Assembly (NCBI RefSeq): GCF_009914755.1
Contig: NC_060948.1
DNA: 64,000 nt
Direction: 5' to 3' (one strand)
From: the human T2T-CHM13v2.0 reference genome, Homo sapiens
Of the stretch, positions 14,001 to 27,000 are shown in pieces. The translations under genes were made by a program, and so were the position numbers. The first letter of the stretch is position 1; every line of letters begins with the position of its first letter. Below the pieces are notes generated by a model, which ran no database searches, was not told the origin of the DNA, and was given only the letters and a program-made list of their open reading frames with translations.

Positions 14001-17000
14001 ATGGAGACAGATGGAATGGAATGGAACAGAGAGCAATGGTATAGAATGGAATGGAATCATCTGGAATGGAATTGAATGGAATGGAATAATATGAAATGGA
14101 ATGGAATGGAATGGAATGGAATGCCCTTGAATTAAATGGACTGGAATGGAATGGACTCGAACAGAGTGGAATGGAAAGTGTTGAGATAGAATGGAATGGA
14201 CTCCTTTGGAATGGTCTAGTATGCAATGCAATCGACTGGCAGGGAATCAAAAGGAATGTAATGGAATGGATTGGACTGGAATGCAATGGACTCGAATAGA
14301 TTGGAAACGGAATGCAAAGGAATGGAATGGAATAGTATGGAATGGAATGGAAAGGAATGGAGTGGAATAGACTAGAGTGGAATGGAATGGACTGGAAAGC
14401 AATGGACTGGAATGGAACTTTCTTGAATGGACTGGAATCAAACGGAATGGAATGCAATGCAATCAAATGGCATGGAATAAAATAGAATGAAAGAGAATCA
14501 AATGGAATTGAATCGAATGGAATCGAATGGATTGGAAAGGAATAGAATGGAATGGAATGGAATTGACTCAAATGGAATGGACTAGAATGGAATGGATTCG
14601 AATGGAAGGCAAAGGAATGGAATCTATTGGAATGGACTGTAATGGAATGGAATGGAAGGGATTGGAATGGACTCGAATGGAATGGACTGCAATAGAAAGG
14701 ATTCGAATGGAATGAAAAAGAATTGAATGGAATAGAACAGAATGGAATCAAATCGAATGAAATGGAATGGAATAGAAAGGAATGGAATGAAATGGAATGG
14801 AAAGGATTCGAATGGAATGCAATCGAATGGAATGGAATCGAACGGAATGGAATAAAATGGAAGAAAACTGGCAAGAAATGGAATCGAAATGAATGGAGTG
14901 TTATGGAACGGACTCAAAAGGAATTGAATGTAATAGAATGGAGTGGAGTGGACTCGAATATAATGGACTGGAATGGAATGAAATCACATGGAATGGGAAC
15001 GAATGGAATGGAATGGAAAGGAATGGAATCGAATGGAAAGGAATCGAATGGAAGGGAATGAAATTGAATCAACAGGAATGGAAGGGAATAGAATAGACGG
15101 TAATGGAATGGACTCGAATAGAATGGACACGCATGCTCAAATTGAATGGACTCGAATGGAATGGAAACGAAAGGAATGTCATCGAATGGAATTGAATCGA
15201 TTGGAATGAAATCGCATAGAATGGAGTGGAATCAAATGGAATTGAATCGAAAGGAAAGGAAGCGAATGGACTGAAATGAAATGGAATGGAATTGAATGGA
15301 AAGTAATGCAATGGAATAGAATGGAACGAAATTTCACGGAATGGAATCAAACTGAATGGAATCAAATCAATGGAATCAAATCAAATGGAATGGAGTAGAT
15401 TGGATTGGATGGGATTGGAATGAAATGTACTGGAAAGGACTCGAATTTCATGAAACGGAATGGAATGAATTGGAACGGAATGGACTCGAATGGAATGGAA
15501 TGTCATAGAATGGCATCAAATGGAATGGCATCAAATGGAATGGAATCGAATGCAATGGAATGCTATGGAATGGAATGGAATGCATTGGAATGGAATGTCC
15601 TCTAAAGGAATGGATTCGAGTGGAATGGAATCGAATATAATGGAGTCGAATGAAATGGAATTGAAAGGAATGGGATCGAATACAATGGAATATACTGGAA
15701 TGTAATGTAATGAACTCGAATGTAATCGACTGGAATGGAATGTACATGAATGGAATGTAATCGAATGGAAAGTAATCCAATGGAATAGAATCTAATGCAA
15801 TAAAATCGACTCAGATAGAGTAGAATGTAATGGAATGGAGTGCAGTGCAATGGAATGGAATGGAATGGAATGCAATGGAATGGAATGGAATGGAATGGAA
15901 TGGAATGGGATTGAATGGGATTGAATGGTATGGAATGGATAGTAATGGACTGGAGTGAAATGGACTGGAAAGGAATGGACTCAAATTGAAAGGGCTCGAA
16001 AGGAATGGAGTCAAATGGAATGGTCTGGAATGGAATGAACACGAATGTAATGCAATCCAATAGAATGGAATCGAATGGCATGGAATATAAAGAAATGGAA
16101 TCGAAGAGAATGGAAACAAATGGAATGGAATTGAATGGAATGGAATTGAATGGAATGGGAACGAATGGAGTGAAATTGTATGCAGTAGAAGGGAATAGAA
16201 TGGAATGCAACCGAAAGGAAAGGAATGGATTGGAATGGAATGGAATTCATTGGAATGGAAGGGAATGTAGTGTAATGGACAGGCCTGGAATAAAGTGGAA
16301 TGCTACGGTCTCGAATGGAATAAAAATGTATGGAATGGAATGCAATGAAACGGAATCGAATGTCATAGAATGTAATGGAATGCAAAAAAATGGAATCCAA
16401 AATCATTGAATGGAAAGGCTGGGTGTCGAAAGGAATTGACTGCAATGGAATGGAATCGAATGGAATGGAAGTGAATAGAATCGAACTAAATCGAATGGAA
16501 TGGAATTGATAGGAACGGAATGGAAAGGAATGCAATGATTTGGCATGGAATGGAATCGAATGGCATCGAATGGAATGGAATGGAATGCAATGGAATGGAA
16601 TGTATTAGAATGTAATGAACATTAGTAGAATGTACTCGAATGGATTCGACTGGAATGGAATGTTCTGGAAGTGAATGGACTCCAATGGAATGGATTCGAA
16701 AGGAATGGAATCGAACGGAATGGAATCTAATGGAATGGAATTAAATGGAAATGAATCAAATTGAATAGCACGGAATTGAATTGAATGGAATCGAATGCAA
16801 TGGAATCTAATGAAACGGAAAGGAAAGAATGGAATGGAATAGAATGGGCTGGAATGGAAAGGAATCGAAACGAATGGAATGGAATCGAACTGAAGAGACT
16901 GGAATGGAATGCACTGGAATGGAAGGGAGTGTAATGGAAGGTTCTCGAAAAAAATGGAATCGAATGGAATGGAATTGAATGGAACGGAATAGAGTCGAAT

Positions 17001-18074
17001 GGAATTGAATGGAATGGAATGGACTAGAGTGAAATGGAATCGAACCACAAGGAATGGACAGGAATAGAATGGTCTCGAATTGAATGGAATCGTATTGAAT
17101 GGCATCAAACGGAATGGAATGGACAGCCACGGAATGGAATGCACTCGAATGCAATGGAGTCGAAACTAATGGACTGGAATAGAATGGACTCGACTGGTAC
17201 GGACTCCAATGCAATGGAATCGAATGGAAGGGATTCGAACGGAATGGACTCGAATGGAAAAGACTGCAATGGAAAGGTCTCGAATGGAATGGAAATTAAT
17301 GGAATGGAATGGAATCGAATGAAATGGAGTCAAAAGGAATGGAATCGAATGGCAAGAAATCGAATGTAATGGAATCGCAAGGAATTGATGTGAACGGAAC
17401 GGAATGGAATGGAATCCAAAGGAATGGAATAGAATGGAATGGAATCGAATGGAAAGGACTCGAATGGAAATCACTCGAATAGAATGCAATTTAATAAAAT
17501 AGGATCAAATGTAATAGAATGGAATGGAAAGGAATCGAAACGGAAGGAATGGAGACAGATGGAATGGAATGGAACAGAGAGCAATGGTATAGAATGGAAT
17601 GGAATCATCTGGAATGGAATTGAATGGAATGGAATAATATGAAATGGAATGGAATGGAATGGAATGGAATGCCCTTGAATTAAATGGACTGGAATGGAAT
17701 GGACTCAAACAGAGTGGAATGGAAAGTGTGGAGATAGAATGGAATGAACTCCTTTGGAATGGTGTAGTATGCAATGCAATAGACTGGCAGGGAATCAAAA
17801 GGAATGTAATCGAATGGATTGGACTGGAATGCAATGGACTCGAATAGATTGGAAACGGAATGCAAAGGAATGGAATGGAATAGTATGGAATGCAATGGAA
17901 AGGAATGGAGTGGAATAGACTAGAGTGGAATGGAATGGACTGGAAAGCAATGGACTGGAATGGAACTTTCTTGGATGGACTGGAATCAAACGGAATGGAA
18001 TGCAATGCAGTCAAATGGCATGGAATAAAATAGAATGAAAGAGAATCAAATGGAATTGAATCGAATGGAATCGA

Positions 18075-21000
18075 ATGGATTGGAAAGGAATAGAATGGAA
18101 TGGAATGGAATTGACTCAAATGGAATGGACTAGAATGGAATGGATTCGAATGGAAGGCAAAGGAATGGAATCTATTGGAATGGACTGTAATGGAATGGAA
18201 TGGAAGGGATTGGAATGGACTCGAATGGAATGGACTGCAATAGAAAGGATTCGAATGGAATGAAAAAGAATTGAATGGAATAGAACAGAATGGAATCAAA
18301 TCGAATGAAATGGAATGGAATAGAAAGGAATGGAATGAAATGGAATGGAAAGGATTCGAATGGAATGCAATCGAATGGAATGGAATCGAACGGAATGGAA
18401 TAAAATGGAAGAAAACTGGCAAGAAATGGAATCGAAATGAATGGAGTGTTATGGAACGGACTCAAAAGGAATTGAATGTAATAGAATGGAGTGGAGTGGA
18501 CTCGAATATAATGGACTGGAATGGAATGAAATCACATGGAATGGGAACGAATGGAATGGAATGGAAAGGAATGGAATTGAATGGAAAGGAATCGAATGGA
18601 AGGGAATGAAATTGAATCAACAGGAATGGAAGGGAATAGAATAGACGGTAATGGAATGGACTCGAATAGAATGGACACGAATGCTCAAATTAAATGGACT
18701 CGAATGGAATGGAAACGAAAGGAATGTCATCGAATGGAATTGAATCGATTGGAATGAAATCGCATAGAATGGAGTGGAATCAAATGGAATTGAATCGAAA
18801 GGAAAGGAAGCGAATGGACTGAAATGAAATGGAATGGAATTGAATGGAAAGTAATGCAATGGAATAGAATGGAACGAAATTTCACGGAATGGAATCAAAC
18901 TGAATGGAATCAAATCAATGGAATCAAATCAAATGGAATGGAAAGGAATTGAATGGAGTAGATGGGATTGGATGGGATTGGAATGAAATGTACTGGAAAG
19001 GACTCGAATTTCATGAAACGGAATGGAATGAATTGGAACGGAATGGACTCGAATGGAATGGAATGTCATGGGATGGCATCAAATGGAATGGCATCAAATG
19101 GAATGGAATCGAATGCAATGGAATGCTATGGAATGGAATGGAATGCATTGGAATGGAATGTCCTCTAATGGAATGGATTCGAGTGGAATGGAATTGAATA
19201 TAATGGAGTCGAATGAAATGGAATTGAAAGGAATGGGATCGAATACAATGGAATATACTGGAATGTAACGTAATGAACTCGAATGTAATTGACTGGAATG
19301 GAATGTACATGAATGGAATGTAATCGAATGGAAAGTAATCCAATGGAATAGAATCTAATGCAATAAAATCGACTCAGATAGAGTAGAATGTAATGGAATG
19401 GAGTGCAGTGCAATGGAATGGAATGGAATGGAATGCAATGGAATGGAATGGAATGGAATGGAATGGAATGGAATGGAATGGAATGGGATGGAATGGAATG
19501 GAATGGAATGGAATGGGATGGAATGGGATGGAATGGATAGTAATGGACTGGAGTGAAATGGACTGGAAAGGAATGGACTCAAATTGAAAGGTCTCGAAAG
19601 GAATGGAGTCAAATGGAATGGTCTGGAATGGAATGAACACGAATGTAATGCAACCCAATAGAATGGAATCGAATGGCATGGAATATAAAGAAATGGAATC
19701 GAAGAGAATGGAAACAAATGGAATGGAATTGAATGGAATGGAATTGAATGGAATGGGAACGAATGGAGTGAAATTGTGTGCAGTAGAAGAGAATAGAATG
19801 GAATGCAAGCGAAAGGAAAGGAATGGATTGGAATGGAATGGAATTCATTGGAATGGAAGGGAATGTAGTGTAATGGACAGGCCTGGAATAAAGTGGAATG
19901 CTACGGTCTCGAATGGAATAAAAATGTATGGAATGGAATGCAATGAAACGGAATCGAATGTCATAGAATGTAATGGAATGCAAAAAAATGGAATCCAAAA
20001 TCATTGACAGGAAAGGCTGGGTGTCGAAAGGAATTGACTCCAATGGAATGGAATCGAATGGAATGGAAGTGAATAGAATCGAACTAAATCGAATGGAATG
20101 GAATTGATAGGAACGGAATAGAAAGGAATGCAATGATTTGGCATGGAATGGAATCGAATGGCATCGAATGGAATGCAATGGAATGGAATGTATTAGAATG
20201 TAATGAACTTTAATGGAATGTACTCGAATGGATTCGACTGGAATGGAATGTTCTGGAAGTGAATGGACTCCAATGGAATGGATTCAAAAGGAATGGAATC
20301 GTACGGAATGGAATCTAATGGAATGGAATTAAATGGAAATGAATCAAATTGAATAGCACGGAATTGAATTGAATGGAATGGAATGCAATGGAATCTAATG
20401 AAACGGAAAGGAAAGGAATGGAATGGAATGGAATGGGCTGGAATGGAAAGGAATCGAAACGAATGGAATGGAATCGAAGTGAAGAGACTGCAATGGAATG
20501 CACTGGAATGGAAGGTTCTCGAAAAAAATGGAATCCAATGGAATGGAATTGAATGGAACGGAATAGTGTCGAATGGAATTGAATGGAATGGAATGGACTA
20601 GAGTGAAATGGAATCGAACCACAAGGAATGGACAGGAATAGAATGGTCTCGAATTGAATGGAATCGTATGGAATGGCATCAAACGGAATGGAATGGACAG
20701 CCACGGAATGGAATGCACTCGAATGCAATGGAGTCGAAACTAATGGACTGGAATAGAATGGACTCGACTGGTACGGACTCCAATGGAATGGAATCGAATG
20801 GAAGGGAATCGAACGGAAGGGAATCGAACGGAATGGACTCGAAGGGAAAAGACTGCAATGGAAAGGTCTCGAATGGAATGGAAATTAATGGAATGGAGTG
20901 GAATCGAATGAAATGGAGTCAAAAGGAATGGAATCGAATGGCAAGAAATCGAATGTAATGGAATCGCCAGGAATTGATGTGAACGGAACGGAATGGAATG

Positions 21001-24000
21001 GAATCCAAAGGAATGGAATAGAATGGAATGGAATCGAATGGAAAGGACTCGAATGGAAATCACTCGAATAGAATGCAATTTAATAAAATAGGATCAAATG
21101 TAATGGAATGGAATGGAAAGGAATCGAAAGAAAGGAATGGAGACAGATGGAATGGAATGGAACAGAGAACAATGGTATAGAATGGAATGGAATCATCTGG
21201 AATGGAATTGAATGGAATGGAATAATATGAAATGGAATGGAATGGAATGGAATGGAATGCCCTTCAATTAAATGGACTGGAATGGAATGGACTCAAACAG
21301 AGTGGAATGGAAAGTGTGGAGATAGAATGGAATGAACTCCTTTGGAATGGTGTAGTATGCAATGCAATCGACTGGCAGGGAATCAAAAGGAATGTAATCG
21401 AATGGATTGGACTGGAATGCAATGGACTCGAATAGATTGGAAACGGAATGCAAAGGAATGGAATGGAATAGTATGGAATGCAATGGAAGGGAATGGAGTG
21501 GAATAGACTAGAGTGGAATGGAATGGACTGGAAAGCAATGGACTGGAATGGAACTTTCTTGGATGGACTGGAATCAAACGGAATGGAATGCAATGCAATC
21601 AAATGGCATGGAATAAAATAGAATGAAAGAGAATCAAATGGAATTGAATCGAATGGAATCGAATGGATTGGAAAGGAATAGAATGGAATGGAATGGAATT
21701 GACTCAAATGGAATGGACTAGAATGGAATGGATTCGAATGGAAGGCAAAGGAATGGAATCTATTGGAATGGACTGTAATGGAATGGAATGGAAGGGATTG
21801 GAATGGACTCGAATGGAATGGACTGCAATAGAAAGGATTCGAATGGAATGAAAAAGAATTGAATGGAATAGAACAGAATGGAATCAAATCGAATGAAATG
21901 GAATGGAATAGAAAGGAATGGAATGAAATGGAATGGAAAGGATTCGAATGGAATGCAATCGAATGGAATGGAATCGAACGGAATGGAATAAAATGGAAGA
22001 AAACTGGCAAGAAATGGAATCGAAATGAATGGAGTGTTATGGAACGGACTCAAAAGGAATTGAATGTAATAGAATGGAGTGGAGTGGACTCGAATATAAT
22101 GGACTGGAATGGAATGAAATCACATGGAATGGGAACGAATGGAATGGAATGGAAAGGAATGGAATCGAATGGAAAGGAATCGAATGGAAGGGAATGAAAT
22201 TGAATCAACAGGAATGGAAGGGAATAGAATAGACTGTAATGGAATGGACTCGAATAGAATGGACACGAATGCTCAAATTAAATGGACTCGAATGGAATGG
22301 AAACGAAAGGAATGTCATCGAATGGAATTGAATCGATTGGAATGAAATCGCATAGAATGGAGTGGAATCAAATGGAATTGAATCGAAAGGAAAGGAAGCG
22401 AATGGACTGAAATGAAATGGAATGGAATTGAATGGAAAGTAATGCAATGGAATAGAATGGAACGAAATTTCACGGAATGGAATCAAACTGAATGGAATCA
22501 AATCAATGGAATCAAATCAAATGGAATGGAAAGGAATTGAATGGAGTAGATGGGATTGGATGGGATTGGAATGAAATGTACTGGAAAGGACTCGAATTTC
22601 ATGAAACGGAATGGAATGAATTGGAACGGAATGGACTCGAATGGAATGGAATGTCATGGGATGGCATCAAATGGAATGGCATCAAATGGAATGGAATCGA
22701 ATGCAATGGAATGCTATGGAATGGAATGGAATGCATTGGAATGGAATGTCCTCTAATGGAATGGATTCGAGTGGAATGGAATCGAATATAATGGAGTCGA
22801 ATGAAATGGAATTGAAAGGAATGGGATCGAATACAATGGAATATACTGGAATATAACGTAATGAACTCGAATGTAATTGACTGGAATGGAATGTACATGA
22901 ATGGAATGTAATCGAATGGAAAGTAATCCAATGGAATAGAATCTAATGCAATAAAATCGACTCAGATAGAGTAGAATGTAATGGAATGGAGTGCAGTGCA
23001 ATGGAATGGAATGGAATGGAATGCAATGGAATGGAAAGGAATGGAATGGAATGGAATGGAATGGGATGGAATGGTATGGAATGGATAGTAATGGACTGGA
23101 GTGAAATGGACTGGAAAGGAATGGACTCAAATTGAAAGGGCTCGAAAGGAATGGAGTCAAATGGAATGGTCTGGAATGGAATGAACACGAATGTAATGCA
23201 ACCCAATAGAATGGAATCGAATGGCATGGAATATAAAGAAATGGAATTGAAGAGAATGGAAACAAATGGAATGGAATTGAATGGAATGGAATTGAATGGA
23301 ATGGGAACGAATGGAGTGAAATTGTATGCAGTAGAAGAGAATAGAATGGAATGCAAGCGAAAGGAAAGGAATGGATTGGAATGGAATGGAATTCATTGGA
23401 ATGGAAGGGAATGTAGTGTAATGGACAGGCCTGGAATAAAGTGGAATGCTACGGTCTCGAATGGAATAAAAATGTATGGAATGGAATGCAATGAAACGGA
23501 ATCGAATGTCATAGAATGTAATGGAATGCAAAAAAATGGAATCCAAAATCATTGACTGGAAAGGCTGGGTGTCGAAAGGAATTGACTCCAATGGAATGGA
23601 ATCGAATGGAATGGAAGTGAATAGAATCGAACTAAATCGAATGGAATGGAATTGATAGGAACGGAATGGAAAGGAATGCAATGATTTGGCATGGAATGGA
23701 ATCGAATGGCATCGAATGGAATGGAATGGAATGCAATGGAATGGAATGTATTAGAATGTAATGAACTTTAATGGAATGTACTCGAATGGATTCGACTGGA
23801 ATGGAATGTTCTGGAAGTGAATGGACTCCAATGGAATGGATTCAAAAGGAATGGAATCGTACAGAATGGAATCTAATGGAATGGAATTAAATGGAAATGA
23901 ATCAAATTGAATAGCACGGAATTGAATTGAATGGAATGGAATGCAATGGAATCTAATGAAACGGAAAGGAAAGGAATGGAATGGAATGGAATGGGCTGGA

Positions 24001-27000
24001 ATGGAAAGGAATCGAAACGAATGGAATGGAATCGAAGTGAAGAGACTGGAATGGAATGCACTGGAATGGAAGGGAGTGTAATGGAAGATTCTCGAAAAAA
24101 ATGGAATCGAATGGAATGGAATTGAATGGAACGGAATAGAGTCGAATGGAATTGAATGGAATGGAATGGACTAGAGTGAAATGGAATCGAACCACAAGGA
24201 ATGGACAGGAATAGAATGGTCTCGAATTGAATGGAATCGTATGGAATGGCATCAAACGGAATGGAATGGACAGCCACGGAATGGAATGCACTCGAATGCA
24301 ATGGAGTCGAAACTAATGGACTGGAATAGAATGGACTCGACTGGTACGGACTCCAATGGAATGGAATCGAATGGAAGGGAATCGAACGGAAGGGAATCGA
24401 ACGGAATGGACTCGAAGGGAAAAGACTGCAATGGAAAGGTCTCGAATGGAATGGAAATTAATGGAATGGAATGGAATCGAATGAAATGGAGTCAAAAGGA
24501 ATCGAATCGAATGGCAAGAAATCGAATGTAATGGAATCGCCAGGAATTGATGTGAACGGAACGGAATGGAATGGAATCCAAAGGAATGGAATAGAATGGA
24601 ATGGAATCGAATGGAAAGGACTCGAATGGAAATCACTCGAATAGAATGCAATTTAATAAAATAGGATCAAATGTAATGGAATGGAATGGAAAGGAATCGA
24701 AACGAAAGGAATGGAGACAGATGGAATGGAATGGAACAGAGAGCAATGGTATAGAATGGAATGGAATCATCTGGAATGGAATTGAATGGAATGGAATAAT
24801 ATGAAATGGAATGGAATGGAATGCCCTTGAATTAAATGGACTGGAATGGAATGGACTCAAACAGAGTGGAATGGAAAGTGTGGAGATAGAATGGAATGAA
24901 CTCCTTTGGAATGGTGTAGTATGCAATGCAATCGACTGGCAGGGAATCAAAAGGAATGTAATCGAATGGATTGGACTGGAATGCAATGGACTCGAATAGA
25001 TTGGAAACGGAATGCAAAGGAATGGAATGGAATAGTATGGAATGCAATGGAAGGGAATGGAGTGGAATAGACTAGAGTGGAATGGAATGGACTGGAAAGC
25101 AATGGACTGGAATGGAACTTTCTTGGATGGACTGGAATCAAACGGAATGGAATGCAATGCAATCAAATGGCATGGAATAAAATAGAATGAAAGAGAATCA
25201 AATGGAATTGAATCGAATGGAATCGAATGGATTGGAAAGGAATAGAATGGAATGGAATGGAATTGACTCAAATGGAATGGACTAGAATGGAATGGATTCG
25301 AATGGAAGGCAAAGGAATAGAATCTATTGGAATGGACTGTAATGGAATGGAATGGAAGGGATTGGAATGGACTCGAATGGAATGGACTGCAATAGAAAGG
25401 ATTCGAATGGAATGAAAAAGAATTGAATGGAATAGAACAGAATGGAATCAAATCGAATGAAATGGAATGGAATAGAAAGGAATGGAATGAAATGGAATGG
25501 AAAGGATTCGAATGGAATGCAATCGAATGGAATGGAATCGAACGGAATGGAATAAAATGGAAGAAAACTGGCAAGAAATGGAATCGAAATGAATGGAGTG
25601 TTATGGAACGGACTCAAAAGGAATTGAATGTAACAGAATGGAGTGGAGTGGACTCGAATATAATGGACTGGAATGGAATGAAATCACATGGAATGGGAAC
25701 GAATGGAATGGAATGGAAAGGAATGGAATCGAATGGAAAGGAATCGAATGGAAGGGAATGAAATTGAATCAACAGGAATGGAAGGGAATAGAATAGACTG
25801 TAATGGAATGGACTCGAATAGAATGGACACGAATGCTCAAATTAAATGGACTCGAATGGAATGGAAACGAAAGGAATGTCATCGAATGGAATTGAATCGA
25901 TTGGAATGAAATCGCATAGAATGGAGTGGAATCAAATGGAATTGAATCGAAAGGAAAGGAAGCGAATGGACTGAAATGAAATGGAATGGAATTGAATGGA
26001 AAGTAATGCAATGGAATAGAATGGAACGAAATTTCACGGAATGGAATCAAACTGAATGGAATCAAATCAATGGAATCAAATCAAATGGAATGGAAAGGAA
26101 TTGAATGGAGTAGATGGGATTGGATGGGATTGGAATGAAATGTACTGGAAAGGACTCGAATTTCATGAAACGGAATGGAATGAATTGGAACGGAATGGAC
26201 TCGAATGGAATGGAATGTCATGGGATGGCATCAAATGGAATGGCATCAAATGGAATGGAATCGAATGCAATGGAATGCTATGGAATGGAATGGAATGCAT
26301 TGGAATGGAATGTCCTCTAATGGAATGGATTCGAGTGGAATGGAATTGAATATAATGGAGTCGAATGAAATGGAATTGAAAGGAATGGGATCGAATAAAA
26401 TGGAATATACTGGAATGTAACGTAATGAACTCGAATGTAATTGACTGGAATGGAATGTACATGAATGGAATGTAATCGAATGGAAAGTAATCCAATGGAA
26501 TAGAATCTAATGCAATAAAATCGACTCAGATAGAGTAGAATGTAATGGAATGGAGTGCAGTGCAATGGAATGGAATGGAATGGAATGCAATGGAATGGAA
26601 TGGTATGGAATGGAATGGAATGGAATGGAATGGAATGGAATGAAATGGGATGGAATGGTATGGAATGGATAGTAATGGACTGGAGTGAAATGGACTGGAA
26701 AGGAATGGACTCAAATTGAAAGGGCTCGAAAGGAATGGAGTCAAATGGAATGGTCTGGAATGGAATGAACACGAATGTAATGCAACCCAATAGAATGGAA
26801 TCGAATGGCATGGAATATAAAGAAATGGAATCGAAGAGAATGGAAACAAATGGAATGGAATTGAATGGAATGGAATTGAATGGAATGGGAACGAATGGAG
26901 TGAAATTGTATGCAGTAGAAGAGAATAGAATGGAATGCAAGCGAAAGGAAAGGAATGGATTGGAATGGAATGGAATTCATTGGAATGGAAGGGAATGTAG

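Larger units (their letters stand above)
274..18074 (+). repeat. DYZ1 units U1-U5 (3563, 3573, 3554, 3563, 3548 bp), mostly lineage A
   Basis: Anchors at 274, 3837, 7410, 10964, 14527, 18075. Shared alleles GTAGATTGGATTGG, GCAATCCAATAG, GAACATTA, GGATTCGAAAGG and a single GGAAGGGATTCGAAC. Confidence 0.9.
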
